64,000 nucleotides of DNA from an uncultured Collinsella sp. (GTDB lineage: Bacteria; Actinomycetota; Coriobacteriia; Coriobacteriales; Coriobacteriaceae): assembly GCA_900551665.1 (NCBI GenBank), contig URWW01000001.1, forward strand, positions 970 to 64,969, given 5' to 3'. The position numbers and the translations under genes were made by a program. Positions 13,279 to 21,864 of this stretch are shown here, piece by piece. Each line of letters starts with the position of its first letter. Position 1 is the first letter of the stretch. The notes beneath the pieces are model-generated. The model was not told the origin of the DNA and made no database searches. It worked only from the letters and a program-made list of their open reading frames with translations.

Positions 13279-13716
13279 TTAGTCGAGGGCCATGATCTTG
13301 GCGACGCGCGCCTCGTGGCGGCCACCCTCAAATTCGGTGGTAAGGAAGGTCTTGACGATCTCCTTGTTGACCTCGAGGTCGACGAAACGGCCGGACAGGC
13401 ACACCACGTTACCGTTGTTGTGCTGACGGAAGAGCTCCGCAAACGGGACGGACGTAATGGAGGAGGCGCGCGCACCAGCGACCTTGTCGGCGGCGACCGC
13501 CATACCGATGCCCGTGCCGCACACGAGAACACCGCGATCGGCCTCGCCGGCAGAGACGGCCTTGGCCACGGGGGCGGCATAGTCGGGGTAATCGACGGAA
13601 GCGTCGGTATCGGGGCCCATGTCGGTGACATCGAAGCCCAGTTCATCGGCGATATAGGCCGCCAGAGCCTGCTTCTGCTCGAATCCACCGTGGTCGGAGG
13701 CGATGGCGATGCGCAT
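13279..13716 (-). CDS. rpiB: Ribose-5-phosphate isomerase B
   Basis: SDHGG, DYPD, CGTGIG, HNN.N, FEGGRH. ATG 13716 follows GAAAGGA. Confidence 0.95.
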   Translation of the reverse strand: MRIAIASDHGGFEQKQALAAYIADELGFDVTDMGPDTDASVDYPDYAAPVAKAVSAGEADRGVLVCGTGIGMAVAADKVAGARASSITSVPFAELFRQHNNGNVVCLSGRFVDLEVNKEIVKTFLTTEFEGGRHEARVAKIMALD

Positions 13717-13906
13717 GTGCACGTCCTTTCTCTTATACATATGATCAGCTCGCTTGGTCGCACGAGCCTATTCCACTCTAACAGGTCGGGACGGCGCTCA
13801 CGCCGTCGCGCGGGACGTTTACGAAAGCGGCCCCGCATCCGGGCGACAGGGATGCAGGGCCGGTTCAACACAGAGAAGTCGGCCTGATGGCCACTGGGGA
13901 TGCGCC

Positions 13907-15445
13907 CTAGCGCGAGCGCGCGCGGTCGACGGCGCTATGCCAGCCGGAGAGGTTGCGAGCCACCTCGCCTTCGGCCATCTGGGGCTCGAAGCGTCGGCCG
14001 GGCACGCGGTTCTGCTCGAGCTCCTCGAGGTCCTCCCAGTACCCGACCGCAAGCCCGGCGAGATAGGCCGCGCCGAGAGCCGTGGTCTCCACGTTTTCCG
14101 TCTGTTCAACGGGAATGCGCAGCAAGTCGGCCTGGAACTGCATGATGAAGTCGTTGCGTGAGGCGCCTCCGTCAACCGAAAGGCTCTCCAGCTGGACGCC
14201 GGCATCGAGCTGCATGGCGTGCAGCACGTCGAAACTCTGATACGCCATGGACTCGCACGCAGCGCGCACAATCGTCGCACGGTCTGACGCGCCGGTGAGC
14301 CCGCAGATGAGACCGCGTGCGTCGGGGTCCCACCACGGGGCGCCCAAGCCGCTGAAAGCCGGCACGAGATAGCACCCGCCGTTGTCTTCCAGGCTCTTAC
14401 ACAGATCGGCTGCCTCCTTGGTACTGGAAAGCAGGCCGAGCTTGTCGCGAAGCCACTGAATGGTGGCCCCGGCGTGGAAAATCGAGCCCTCGAGCGCGTA
14501 GGAGATCTTGCCGTCCAAGGCAATGCCAATGGTGGAAACGAGACCCCTCTCGGACTTAACGCAGGTGTCACCGGTGTTCATGAGCATGAAGCAGCCCGTG
14601 CCGTAGGTGTTCTTCGTGCATCCGGGCCTGAAACAGCAGTGGCCGAACAGCGAGGCCTGCTGATCGCCCGCAACGCCGGTGATCGAGGGGCCGTACGTCA
14701 TGATCTCGTTGGAAACACTGCCGTAATCGTCGGAACTCCACTTGACCTCCGGCAGCATCGAACGCGGAACGTCGAGCAGTTCGAGCAACTCATCGTCCCA
14801 CTCGAGCGTATGGATGTTGAACAGCATCGTGCGGCTCGCGTTGGTGTAGTCGGTGGCGTGCACCATGCCGCCCGTCAGGTTGTAGATGAGCCACGTGTCG
14901 ATGGTTCCGAACATGAGCTCGCCGGCATCGGCCGCCGCGCGGGCGCCGTCCACATTGTCGAGGATCCATTTGATCTTGGTTCCCGAGAAGTACGGATCGG
15001 GCATGAGGCCGGTCTTGTCGCGGATGATGTCGGACATGCCGTCCGCGATGAGGGCATCAGTGATCTCGGACGTGCGGCGGCACTGCCACACAATGGCGTT
15101 GTGCACGGGCAAACCGGAATCGCGGTCCCACACCACGGTGGTCTCGCGCTGGTTGGTGATGCCGATGGCCGCGATGCGGTCGGAATGGATGCCGCTCTTG
15201 AACTGAACCTCCATCATGACCGCGATTTGGGAGGCCAGGATCTCCATGGGATCCTGCTCGACCCAGCCCGGACGCGGATAGAAGGTTTTAATACGGCGTG
15301 AGGCCTGCGCGACAATGCAATCGTATTCATCGACGATGACGGCTCGGACCGAAGTGGTGCCCGAGTCGAGCGCCATGATATATCGCCCACCCGTGGGGTT
15401 GTATGCCACATCCACTTTGCTGAGATCTTTGAGAGTAACCGCCAT
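13907..15445 (-). CDS. glpK: Glycerol kinase
   Basis: DSGTTS, GWVEQDP, ITNQRETT, WQCRR, PYFSGTK, GDQQA, KNTYGTGCF. Confidence 0.92.
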   Translation of the reverse strand: MAVTLKDLSKVDVAYNPTGGRYIMALDSGTTSVRAVIVDEYDCIVAQASRRIKTFYPRPGWVEQDPMEILASQIAVMMEVQFKSGIHSDRIAAIGITNQRETTVVWDRDSGLPVHNAIVWQCRRTSEITDALIADGMSDIIRDKTGLMPDPYFSGTKIKWILDNVDGARAAADAGELMFGTIDTWLIYNLTGGMVHATDYTNASRTMLFNIHTLEWDDELLELLDVPRSMLPEVKWSSDDYGSVSNEIMTYGPSITGVAGDQQASLFGHCCFRPGCTKNTYGTGCFMLMNTGDTCVKSERGLVSTIGIALDGKISYALEGSIFHAGATIQWLRDKLGLLSSTKEAADLCKSLEDNGGCYLVPAFSGLGAPWWDPDARGLICGLTGASDRATIVRAACESMAYQSFDVLHAMQLDAGVQLESLSVDGGASRNDFIMQFQADLLRIPVEQTENVETTALGAAYLAGLAVGYWEDLEELEQNRVPGRRFEPQMAEGEVARNLSGWHSAVDRARSR

Positions 15446-15693
15446 CGGGGACCTTCCTTACGCATGCCCCCACCGTCGATACGGTCGGAGGCGTACAGAG
15501 CCGCCCTAGCATTGTTTCACGCGCAAGCCCGTCCCACACCGACGGACAGTTACCTACCCGCCAGACGGGATAACTGGTCGGTGTATGAACAGTTTTCTCA
15601 GGCAAAAGGCATGTGTCCCCTAAGCGACGATGAGTGCCTTCTGATTCGCGGCGGGTCCGTCAGCGGCGGCGCGCTTCCACACCCATGCACACG

Positions 15694-16338
15694 TTATTCC
15701 AGCACGGCCCTGATCTCCCGCACCGTCAATGCCCCTTCACGCAGGATCTGAAGCTCCCCGTCACGCACGGCCACAATGGTCGAGGCGTCTCGGCACGGGG
15801 TCTCTCCCGCATCGATGGCAACATCGACACCAGCCAGAATGCGCGGTTCAACCTCATCAAATGAGATCGGCGCCGGCTTGCCATGCGTGTTCGCCGAGGT
15901 CACCGCCAGCGGCGATCCGCAACGCGCGATAAGCTCCTGGACGACAGGTGACGCAGAGGCACGCAGGGCGACCGTCCCATCCGCAGCCCGCATGAACAGC
16001 GGCACGTCGTCCGCTGCAGGGACCACGAGCGTGAGGGCACCCGGCCACAGCTTTTCCGCCAAAGCGCATATCGAATGAGGCACATCCTTGCCGTAACGCT
16101 CGAGGGCCGCCGGACCATCGACAAGCCACGGCACCGTCTGGGTGAGCTCGCGCTGTTTGAGGGTGAATATGCGCCCATAACCCGTATGGGGCCCGGGGGT
16201 CTCCAGGTTCGCCGCGAAAGCGGATACGGCCACCCCCACCCCGTAGACCGTCTCGGTCGGAACGAGCGCGAGGCCTCCCGCCGTCAGGCAGTCGGCGGCA
16301 GGTCCGAGATTGTCGTGACCCTTAATCACATTCGACAT
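15694..16338 (-). CDS. tsaC: L-threonylcarbamoyladenylate synthase (Sua5/TsaC family, short form)
   Basis: PTETVYG, K.R, WPGALT, TSAN..G, ASTIV. ATG 16338 follows GGGGAG. Confidence 0.9.
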   Translation of the reverse strand: MSNVIKGHDNLGPAADCLTAGGLALVPTETVYGVGVAVSAFAANLETPGPHTGYGRIFTLKQRELTQTVPWLVDGPAALERYGKDVPHSICALAEKLWPGALTLVVPAADDVPLFMRAADGTVALRASASPVVQELIARCGSPLAVTSANTHGKPAPISFDEVEPRILAGVDVAIDAGETPCRDASTIVAVRDGELQILREGALTVREIRAVLE

Positions 16339-16352
16339 AACGAGCTTCTCCC

Positions 16353-17570
16353 CTACCTCACAAATACATAAGCGGCCAGGCGCTCCAGCGCCTCGCATAG
16401 GCGCGCAGTCGGCAACGCCAGGTTGATGCGGATCGTCTTCTCTCCGCCAAACGGGCGCCCGTCTTGCCATAGCACACCGACCTCGACGCCAGAGCGCAGC
16501 AGCTCGTCGATGTCCATGCCATGGGCGGCACACCAACCTCCGCAATCTAAGTAGAGCATGTACGTCCCCTGCGGTCGCGCAAAATCGACACCGGCGATCC
16601 CCTCAAAGAACTCCGAGGCGATCCGTACGTTGCGACCAAGAACTTCTCGCAGCTCATCAACCCAGGCAGCGCCTTCGTCGCTGTATGCACCCAAAAGCGC
16701 ATGCATGGAGAGCACGTTTTGCATGTTGTAGTGCGACAAACTCGCCTGCTTGGCCAAGCGAGCCTGAAGCCACGGATTGTAGACGACGCGGTAGCCACCG
16801 ATAAGCCCCGCAAGGTTGAACGTCTTACTCGGGGCGTACAGCGCGACGGTCCGCATCCGTGCGTCATCGCTCACGCTCTGCGTGGGGATGTGGACACTGC
16901 CTCCCAAAACGATATCCGACCATATCTCATCTGAAATAACGTAGACATCGTACTTTCGGAACAGACCCATCGCCCGCTCGAGCTCCCAGCGTTCCCACAC
17001 GCGCCCCGTCGGGTTATGAGGCGAGCACAGAATGGCCGCGTGGATCTCCCTCGTCGCGAGCTTGCGCTCCATGTCCTCGTAATCCATGCGCCACACGCCC
17101 TCGGCGTCGCGCTGTAGCCAACTCGTCACCAGGTCGTATCCCGCATTTTTAAGCGTGTTGGTGAATCCGGTGTACGTTGGGGCATGAACGAGCACCTTGT
17201 CCCCACACGAGCACAACACAGCAAGGGCGTTGGCAACACCGCCGAGCACCCCATTTTCATAGCCGATATTCTCGGGTTCCAACCCCACGACCCCGTTGCG
17301 GCGCCCATGCCACCAGGCGATGCGATCGTAATACTCCTGCGGATACTCGAAATATCCGAAACACGGATGTTCGAGCCGCTCTCGCATGGCGCGCAGCACC
17401 GAAGGAGCGGTGGCAAATCCCATATCGGCCACCCACATGGGGATGACGTCAAACCCTTCGCGCACAACGGCGTCAACAGGGCCCAAAGAGCCACCGGAAA
17501 TCGCTCCGGCTGCATCCGCGGCAATCGAATCGTGTCCCGTGCGATCGATAACGTCCGTGAAATTGAACAT
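16353..17570 (-). CDS. MalY/PatB family PLP-dependent C-S lyase / aminotransferase
   Basis: PMWVADM, CSPHNPTGRVW, SDEIW, PSKTFNLAG (PLP lysine). Confidence 0.92.
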   Translation of the reverse strand: MFNFTDVIDRTGHDSIAADAAGAISGGSLGPVDAVVREGFDVIPMWVADMGFATAPSVLRAMRERLEHPCFGYFEYPQEYYDRIAWWHGRRNGVVGLEPENIGYENGVLGGVANALAVLCSCGDKVLVHAPTYTGFTNTLKNAGYDLVTSWLQRDAEGVWRMDYEDMERKLATREIHAAILCSPHNPTGRVWERWELERAMGLFRKYDVYVISDEIWSDIVLGGSVHIPTQSVSDDARMRTVALYAPSKTFNLAGLIGGYRVVYNPWLQARLAKQASLSHYNMQNVLSMHALLGAYSDEGAAWVDELREVLGRNVRIASEFFEGIAGVDFARPQGTYMLYLDCGGWCAAHGMDIDELLRSGVEVGVLWQDGRPFGGEKTIRINLALPTARLCEALERLAAYVFVR

Positions 17571-17585
17571 AGGCACGCACATCGC

Positions 17586-18755
17586 CTATCCCACCAAAGC
17601 AAGGACGATGCGCGGGCGGCCGGTGAAATCCTCGACGATGCGGACATCATGCATGCCAGCAGAGCGACACAGGTCGGCGGCAGCGTCCAGGTGACCCTCG
17701 TAAAGCTCGCATGCGAGCAAGCCGCCTGGGCGAAGCATATGCGGGGCGGCATTGACGAGCCTGCGGAAGATATCGAGGCCGTCTGCGCCTCCATCCAGCG
17801 CCAGCGCCGGCTCAAAGTCGGCAACCTCGTGCGGCAGCGACTCCATGATGGCGGAGGGAATATAGGGAGGGTTGGAAACCAACACGTCAAACGTTCCCCA
17901 CTCGGTCTCACGGTTGAGCGGCGACACGAGATTGCCCAAACGTACATCGACGTCGGTAGGCGAAATGCCCAGTGCATCGCGGTTGCGGATGCTCAGGTCG
18001 ACTGCGCGGGGCTCAATGTCGATTGCGACGCACCGGGCACGTCCCGAGCGCTCAGACGCAATGGAAAGCGAGATGCAACCCGTACCACACCCAACCTCGA
18101 GAACGCGTGCGCATCGGGTCTGATTCGGCTCCCCATCCCGAGCGGGAGCACCCTCGGAGAACTCGCCCTCTTCGACAGACGCGGCATCCGATACTCCCGC
18201 GTCCCCTTCGGCGCCATCGGCCGTCTCAATGGTTCCCTCGCCGTCCTCAAGCATGTCGAAATCATCGTCACGCAGTTCGCGTTCGACGACGGGCTCCTCA
18301 TCCTTTTCCTTTGCCGCGGCGATCTCGGCCTGCAGGGCGGCCTCGACCTCGGCGTTCCAAGGCAGCTCAACACGCCCGCGCTCGACTGCGGGAGCGGCCC
18401 CGATGACCTCTCGGTCGAGATAGGCCAAAACCTCTTCAACCAACAACTCGGTCTCGGGCCGTGGGATGAGCACGCCGGGCTCGCACATCACATCGATCGT
18501 GCGGAAGCTCGTCTCGCCGATGATGTACTGCAGCGGCTCGCCCTTGGCGCGGCGCACAACAGCCGTGTGCATTGCGGCAAGCTCCTCGCTCGACATCGGC
18601 TTGTCAAAGTTCACGTATATCTCAGTGCGCGAGAGCCCGGTCACACCCGACAGCAGCCATTCGGCGGATAGACGCGGACGCTCATCGCCCCGGTCCTTCA
18701 GGTAGTCGCGCGTCCAGTCCAGGCATCGCCTGATGGTCCACGTCTCGTTCGCCAT
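17586..18755 (-). CDS. prmC: Release factor glutamine methyltransferase, with a long acidic insertion
   Basis: RRAKGEPLQYI.G, LIPRPETE, EVGCGTGCI, VSNPPYI, EP..ALDGG.DGL; directly downstream of prfA. Confidence 0.95.
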   Translation of the reverse strand: MANETWTIRRCLDWTRDYLKDRGDERPRLSAEWLLSGVTGLSRTEIYVNFDKPMSSEELAAMHTAVVRRAKGEPLQYIIGETSFRTIDVMCEPGVLIPRPETELLVEEVLAYLDREVIGAAPAVERGRVELPWNAEVEAALQAEIAAAKEKDEEPVVERELRDDDFDMLEDGEGTIETADGAEGDAGVSDAASVEEGEFSEGAPARDGEPNQTRCARVLEVGCGTGCISLSIASERSGRARCVAIDIEPRAVDLSIRNRDALGISPTDVDVRLGNLVSPLNRETEWGTFDVLVSNPPYIPSAIMESLPHEVADFEPALALDGGADGLDIFRRLVNAAPHMLRPGGLLACELYEGHLDAAADLCRSAGMHDVRIVEDFTGRPRIVLALVG

Positions 18756-18884
18756 GGTGGCCTCCGTCCCTCGTATTGCATAGCCGCGATTCTACGGCAC
18801 GGCCGACATGCGCCCCGTCGAGAACAGCGAATTACAGCATTTCCCGTCCAAAAACAGTCCGTCTGCCCAAAACCTGACCGCTTG

Positions 18885-18919
18885 AAAAACGGGCCGCCGC
18901 CCCGAAGGACGACGGCCCG
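18885..18919 (-). terminator. Intrinsic terminator after prfA
   Basis: Minus strand CGGGCCGTCG...CGGCGGCCCG hairpin followed by TTTTT. Confidence 0.7.
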
Positions 18920-18995
18920 AACAGGCACGTTTGCAGCCGAAGATTCCTAAACCGCGTTCGTCCGCGCGAACCGTCCTCGGCGATTTCGAACCCGC

Positions 18996-20063
18996 TTACA
19001 CGGCCTCGGCGAGCTTGGCGGCGCGGTCGGCGGCCGCCAGGGCGTCGATGACGCCGGACAGCTGATCGCCCAGCAGCACGCCGTTGTAGGTGGAGTTGAA
19101 GCCGATGCGGTGGTCGGTCACACGGTCCTGCGGCAGGTTGTAGGTGCGGATCTTCTCCGAGCGGTTACCGTGGCCGATCTGGGCAGAGCGCTCGGCACCG
19201 AGCTCGGCCTGCTGCTTCTCAAGCTCCATCTCGTACAGGCGGGCGCGCAGCATCTGCATGCAGACCTCGCGGTTCTGGATCTGGGAGCGCTGCTCCTGGG
19301 ACTGGACCACGGTGTTCGTGGGCAGGTGGGTGATGCGCACGGCGGAGTAGGTGGTATTGACGCACTGACCGCCGGGGCCGGAGGCGCAGTAGGTGTCGAC
19401 GCGCAGGTCGGCCTGGTTAATCTGGATATCGATCTCATCGGCCTCGGGCAGCACGGCCACCGTCGCGGTGGACGTCTGGATGCGGCCCTGGGACTCGGTC
19501 TTGGGGACGCGTTGCACGCGGTGCACGCCGGACTCGTACTTCATGACGGAGTAGACCTTGTCGCCCTCGACCTTGAACTCGATTGACTTGAAGCCGCCGG
19601 CCTCGGAGGGGCTGGAGTCGAGCACCGTCATCTTCCACTTCTTGGACTCGATGAAGCGCTGGTACATCTTAAAGAGGTCGCCCGCGAAGATGGCCGCCTC
19701 GTCGCCGCCTGCGGCGGAACGGATCTCGACGATGGTGTCCTTCTCGTCCATCGGATCGCCCGGGATGAGCATGATCTTGATGTCTTCCTCGAGCTGGGGC
19801 AGCTTTGCCTCGTTCTCGGAGATCTCCATCTGGAGCATCTCCTTCTCGTCGGCGTCGGTGGCGTCGTGCAGCATCTCCTTGGCGACATCGATGTCGTCGA
19901 GGGCGCCCAGATACTCGCGAGCGGCCTTCACCAGGTCGGTCTGGTGGGCGTACTCCTTGTTGAGGCGGGTGAATTCCTTGATATCGCTGGCGACGGCGGG
20001 GTCGGAGAGCTTCTTCTCGAGCTCCTCGAAAGCGATGATGATCTTCTCAAGCTTGTCGCGCAT
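18996..20063 (-). CDS. prfA: Peptide chain release factor 1
   Basis: GGDEA, ESGVHRVQRVPKTE (RF1-specific PxT), GGQ, RSEKIRTYN. Confidence 0.98.
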   Translation of the reverse strand: MRDKLEKIIIAFEELEKKLSDPAVASDIKEFTRLNKEYAHQTDLVKAAREYLGALDDIDVAKEMLHDATDADEKEMLQMEISENEAKLPQLEEDIKIMLIPGDPMDEKDTIVEIRSAAGGDEAAIFAGDLFKMYQRFIESKKWKMTVLDSSPSEAGGFKSIEFKVEGDKVYSVMKYESGVHRVQRVPKTESQGRIQTSTATVAVLPEADEIDIQINQADLRVDTYCASGPGGQCVNTTYSAVRITHLPTNTVVQSQEQRSQIQNREVCMQMLRARLYEMELEKQQAELGAERSAQIGHGNRSEKIRTYNLPQDRVTDHRIGFNSTYNGVLLGDQLSGVIDALAAADRAAKLAEAV

Positions 20064-20144
20064 GATTGCTCCTTATGCGTTGGCTGTTGGCGAAATGCGG
20101 AAGGAAGCCCGCCGATGATGCGGCGAGCGGGGCGTCAAACGTAG

Positions 20145-20171
20145 CTAGAGCTTATCAAGCGCGATGTGCAT
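20145..20171 (-). CDS. Candidate leader peptide MHIALDKL* (UAG stop), in frame with prfA
   Basis: Minus strand reads AAGGAGGAGG-AACC-ATG CAC ATC GCG CTT GAT AAG CTC TAG; the ATG is 108 nt (36 codons) upstream of the prfA ATG. Confidence 0.65.
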   Translation of the reverse strand: MHIALDKL

Positions 20172-20196
20172 GGTTCCTCCTCCTTGTTGGAGGCTA

Positions 20197-20226
20197 ATGA
20201 TACCCAACCGACGAAAGTGGGCGCAA
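20197..20226 (-). promoter_or_regulatory. Candidate promoter of the leader-prfA transcript
   Basis: Minus strand reads TTGCGC-18 nt-TATCAT just upstream of the leader SD. Confidence 0.5.
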
Positions 20227-20273
20227 CGCCGCGGTAAAACGGACATGAAAAGCGCCCCGCGCTGCATCACCCC

Positions 20274-21164
20274 CTACAGCACGGTCATGCTGAAGGAGAA
20301 GTCGCGGGTCTCGCCCGGAGCGATGACGGTGACGTTGCGCTTGTGCTCAAACACGTCATCCTCGCTGGTGAGGGTGGCATGGCCGGTCCAGGGCTCGAGG
20401 GCCACGAACGGGGCGTCACCCAGAGCGGACCAGATGCCGATGTACTTGAAATCGGGGAAGTCGACGCGCACGCCGCGACCGCTCTTGGTGCCGCGCAGGG
20501 TGAGCGTGCCGCCGGGGACGTCCGTGAGCATGACGGCGTCATTGGCGAACAGCTCGTGGCTGACGGGCAGGACATCCGCGTTCTCCACGGGCGTGGTGCT
20601 CTCGTCGAACGTGAGCAGGCCACCCTCGGCGATAGTGGGGGCAACGCAGGTCCACGGCTCGGAGAACTCGATCACGTACTCGTCGAATGCCTCGTCCTCG
20701 GCGCCGGGCGCGGGGACGTTGAACGCAGGGTGACCGCCCACGGAGAAGGGCATGTCGGCGGTGCCCGTGTTGGTGACGGAGAAGGTCTGGGTAAGCGTGG
20801 CCTCACCCGTGATGGCGTACACCATGTTGAGCTTGAACTCATACGGATACGCCTCGAGCGTCTCGGGCGAGCTGGTGAACTCGAAGGTCACCGCAGAGCC
20901 GTCCTCGGCCACCTCAGCGACACGGTGCTCGTTGATACGGGCGAGACCGTGGCGCGGCATGCAGCATGTGCCCTGGGCGCTCTCGGCCTCATCGCCGCGC
21001 AGGGAGCCGACGATGGGGAACAACACGGGGGCGTGCTTACCCCAAAACGCCGGGTCCGCCTGCCACAGATACTCGCGGCCGTCGAGTGCGAGGCTCGTGA
21101 GCTCGGCGCCCTTGGAGCTGATGGTGGCGGAAAGACCGCCCTTGGATATGGTCGTGTTCGACAT
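20274..21164 (-). CDS. Aldose 1-epimerase family protein (LacX-like)
   Basis: GAEL.S, EYLWQ.DP.FW.KHAPVLFPIVG, GGHPAF, FVALEPW.G. ATG 21164 follows GAAAGG. Confidence 0.9.
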   Translation of the reverse strand: MSNTTISKGGLSATISSKGAELTSLALDGREYLWQADPAFWGKHAPVLFPIVGSLRGDEAESAQGTCCMPRHGLARINEHRVAEVAEDGSAVTFEFTSSPETLEAYPYEFKLNMVYAITGEATLTQTFSVTNTGTADMPFSVGGHPAFNVPAPGAEDEAFDEYVIEFSEPWTCVAPTIAEGGLLTFDESTTPVENADVLPVSHELFANDAVMLTDVPGGTLTLRGTKSGRGVRVDFPDFKYIGIWSALGDAPFVALEPWTGHATLTSEDDVFEHKRNVTVIAPGETRDFSFSMTVL

Positions 21165-21372
21165 GGCGAAACCTTTCGGACGAAGATGGAGGCGCACCGG
21201 GCGCCCATGATGAACGGCGCTTGCAACGCGATTGCACACCCCATTATCCCCCGTTTGGCCCCGTCGTGCGACGGGCACATTAACGTTCGGTTCCATATTG
21301 TTCGGTACCTTGACTATCATGCCGGGCACTCGTACCCTCGAGTGGACGAATTCGAGAGTAGGAGGAACAGAC

Positions 21373-21864
21373 ATGGAAACACCCACGCCCAGCGCGATCT
21401 GCCGGGCCATGAACAGCATCGAGACACCCGAAGCGCAGCAGGACGAGACGATCGTTCGCGCCAAGCGCATTCTCAGGGGGCTCGGCTTCTGCGGCCACTA
21501 CATGCATTTCCACGGCGGCGGCCGATCCGGCCAGATCCCCATCCTATGCATGCTCGACCGCTGCGGGGGGACGCTCTCCCAACAGGAGCTCGGCATGCGC
21601 TTTGAGATCAAGCCCGGTTCGCTCTCCGAGATCCTCTCCAAGATGGAGACTGCCGGCCTGATCGAGCGCACGCGCGACACCAAGGACCGTCGCCAGCTGT
21701 TCGTCCACCTCACTGACGAGGGCACGCGCCTCGCCCACCTCGAACACGAGAAGCGCGACCGCTTCCGCCGCAGCGCCTTCGCCGCTCTAACCGTCGAGGA
21801 ACAGGAGCAGCTCGCCGAGATGCTCGAGAAGATCCGCGTCACCTGGGAGGAACTTGATGATTAA
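21373..21864 (+). CDS. MarR family transcriptional regulator
   Basis: SQQEL, LSEIL.KME..GLIER..D..DRR....LT..G; AGGAGG SD; overlaps the start of the ABC exporter. Confidence 0.9.
   Translation: METPTPSAICRAMNSIETPEAQQDETIVRAKRILRGLGFCGHYMHFHGGGRSGQIPILCMLDRCGGTLSQQELGMRFEIKPGSLSEILSKMETAGLIERTRDTKDRRQLFVHLTDEGTRLAHLEHEKRDRFRRSAFAALTVEEQEQLAEMLEKIRVTWEELDD

Noticed and set aside
15513..15528. parS-like site TGTTTCACGCGCAAGC
   Set aside because: Only one half matches TGTTTCACGTGAAACA and the sequence is not palindromic
18996..20063. RF2-style programmed frameshift inside the release factor gene
   Set aside because: The ORF is continuous and has the RF1 PxT motif, not SPF
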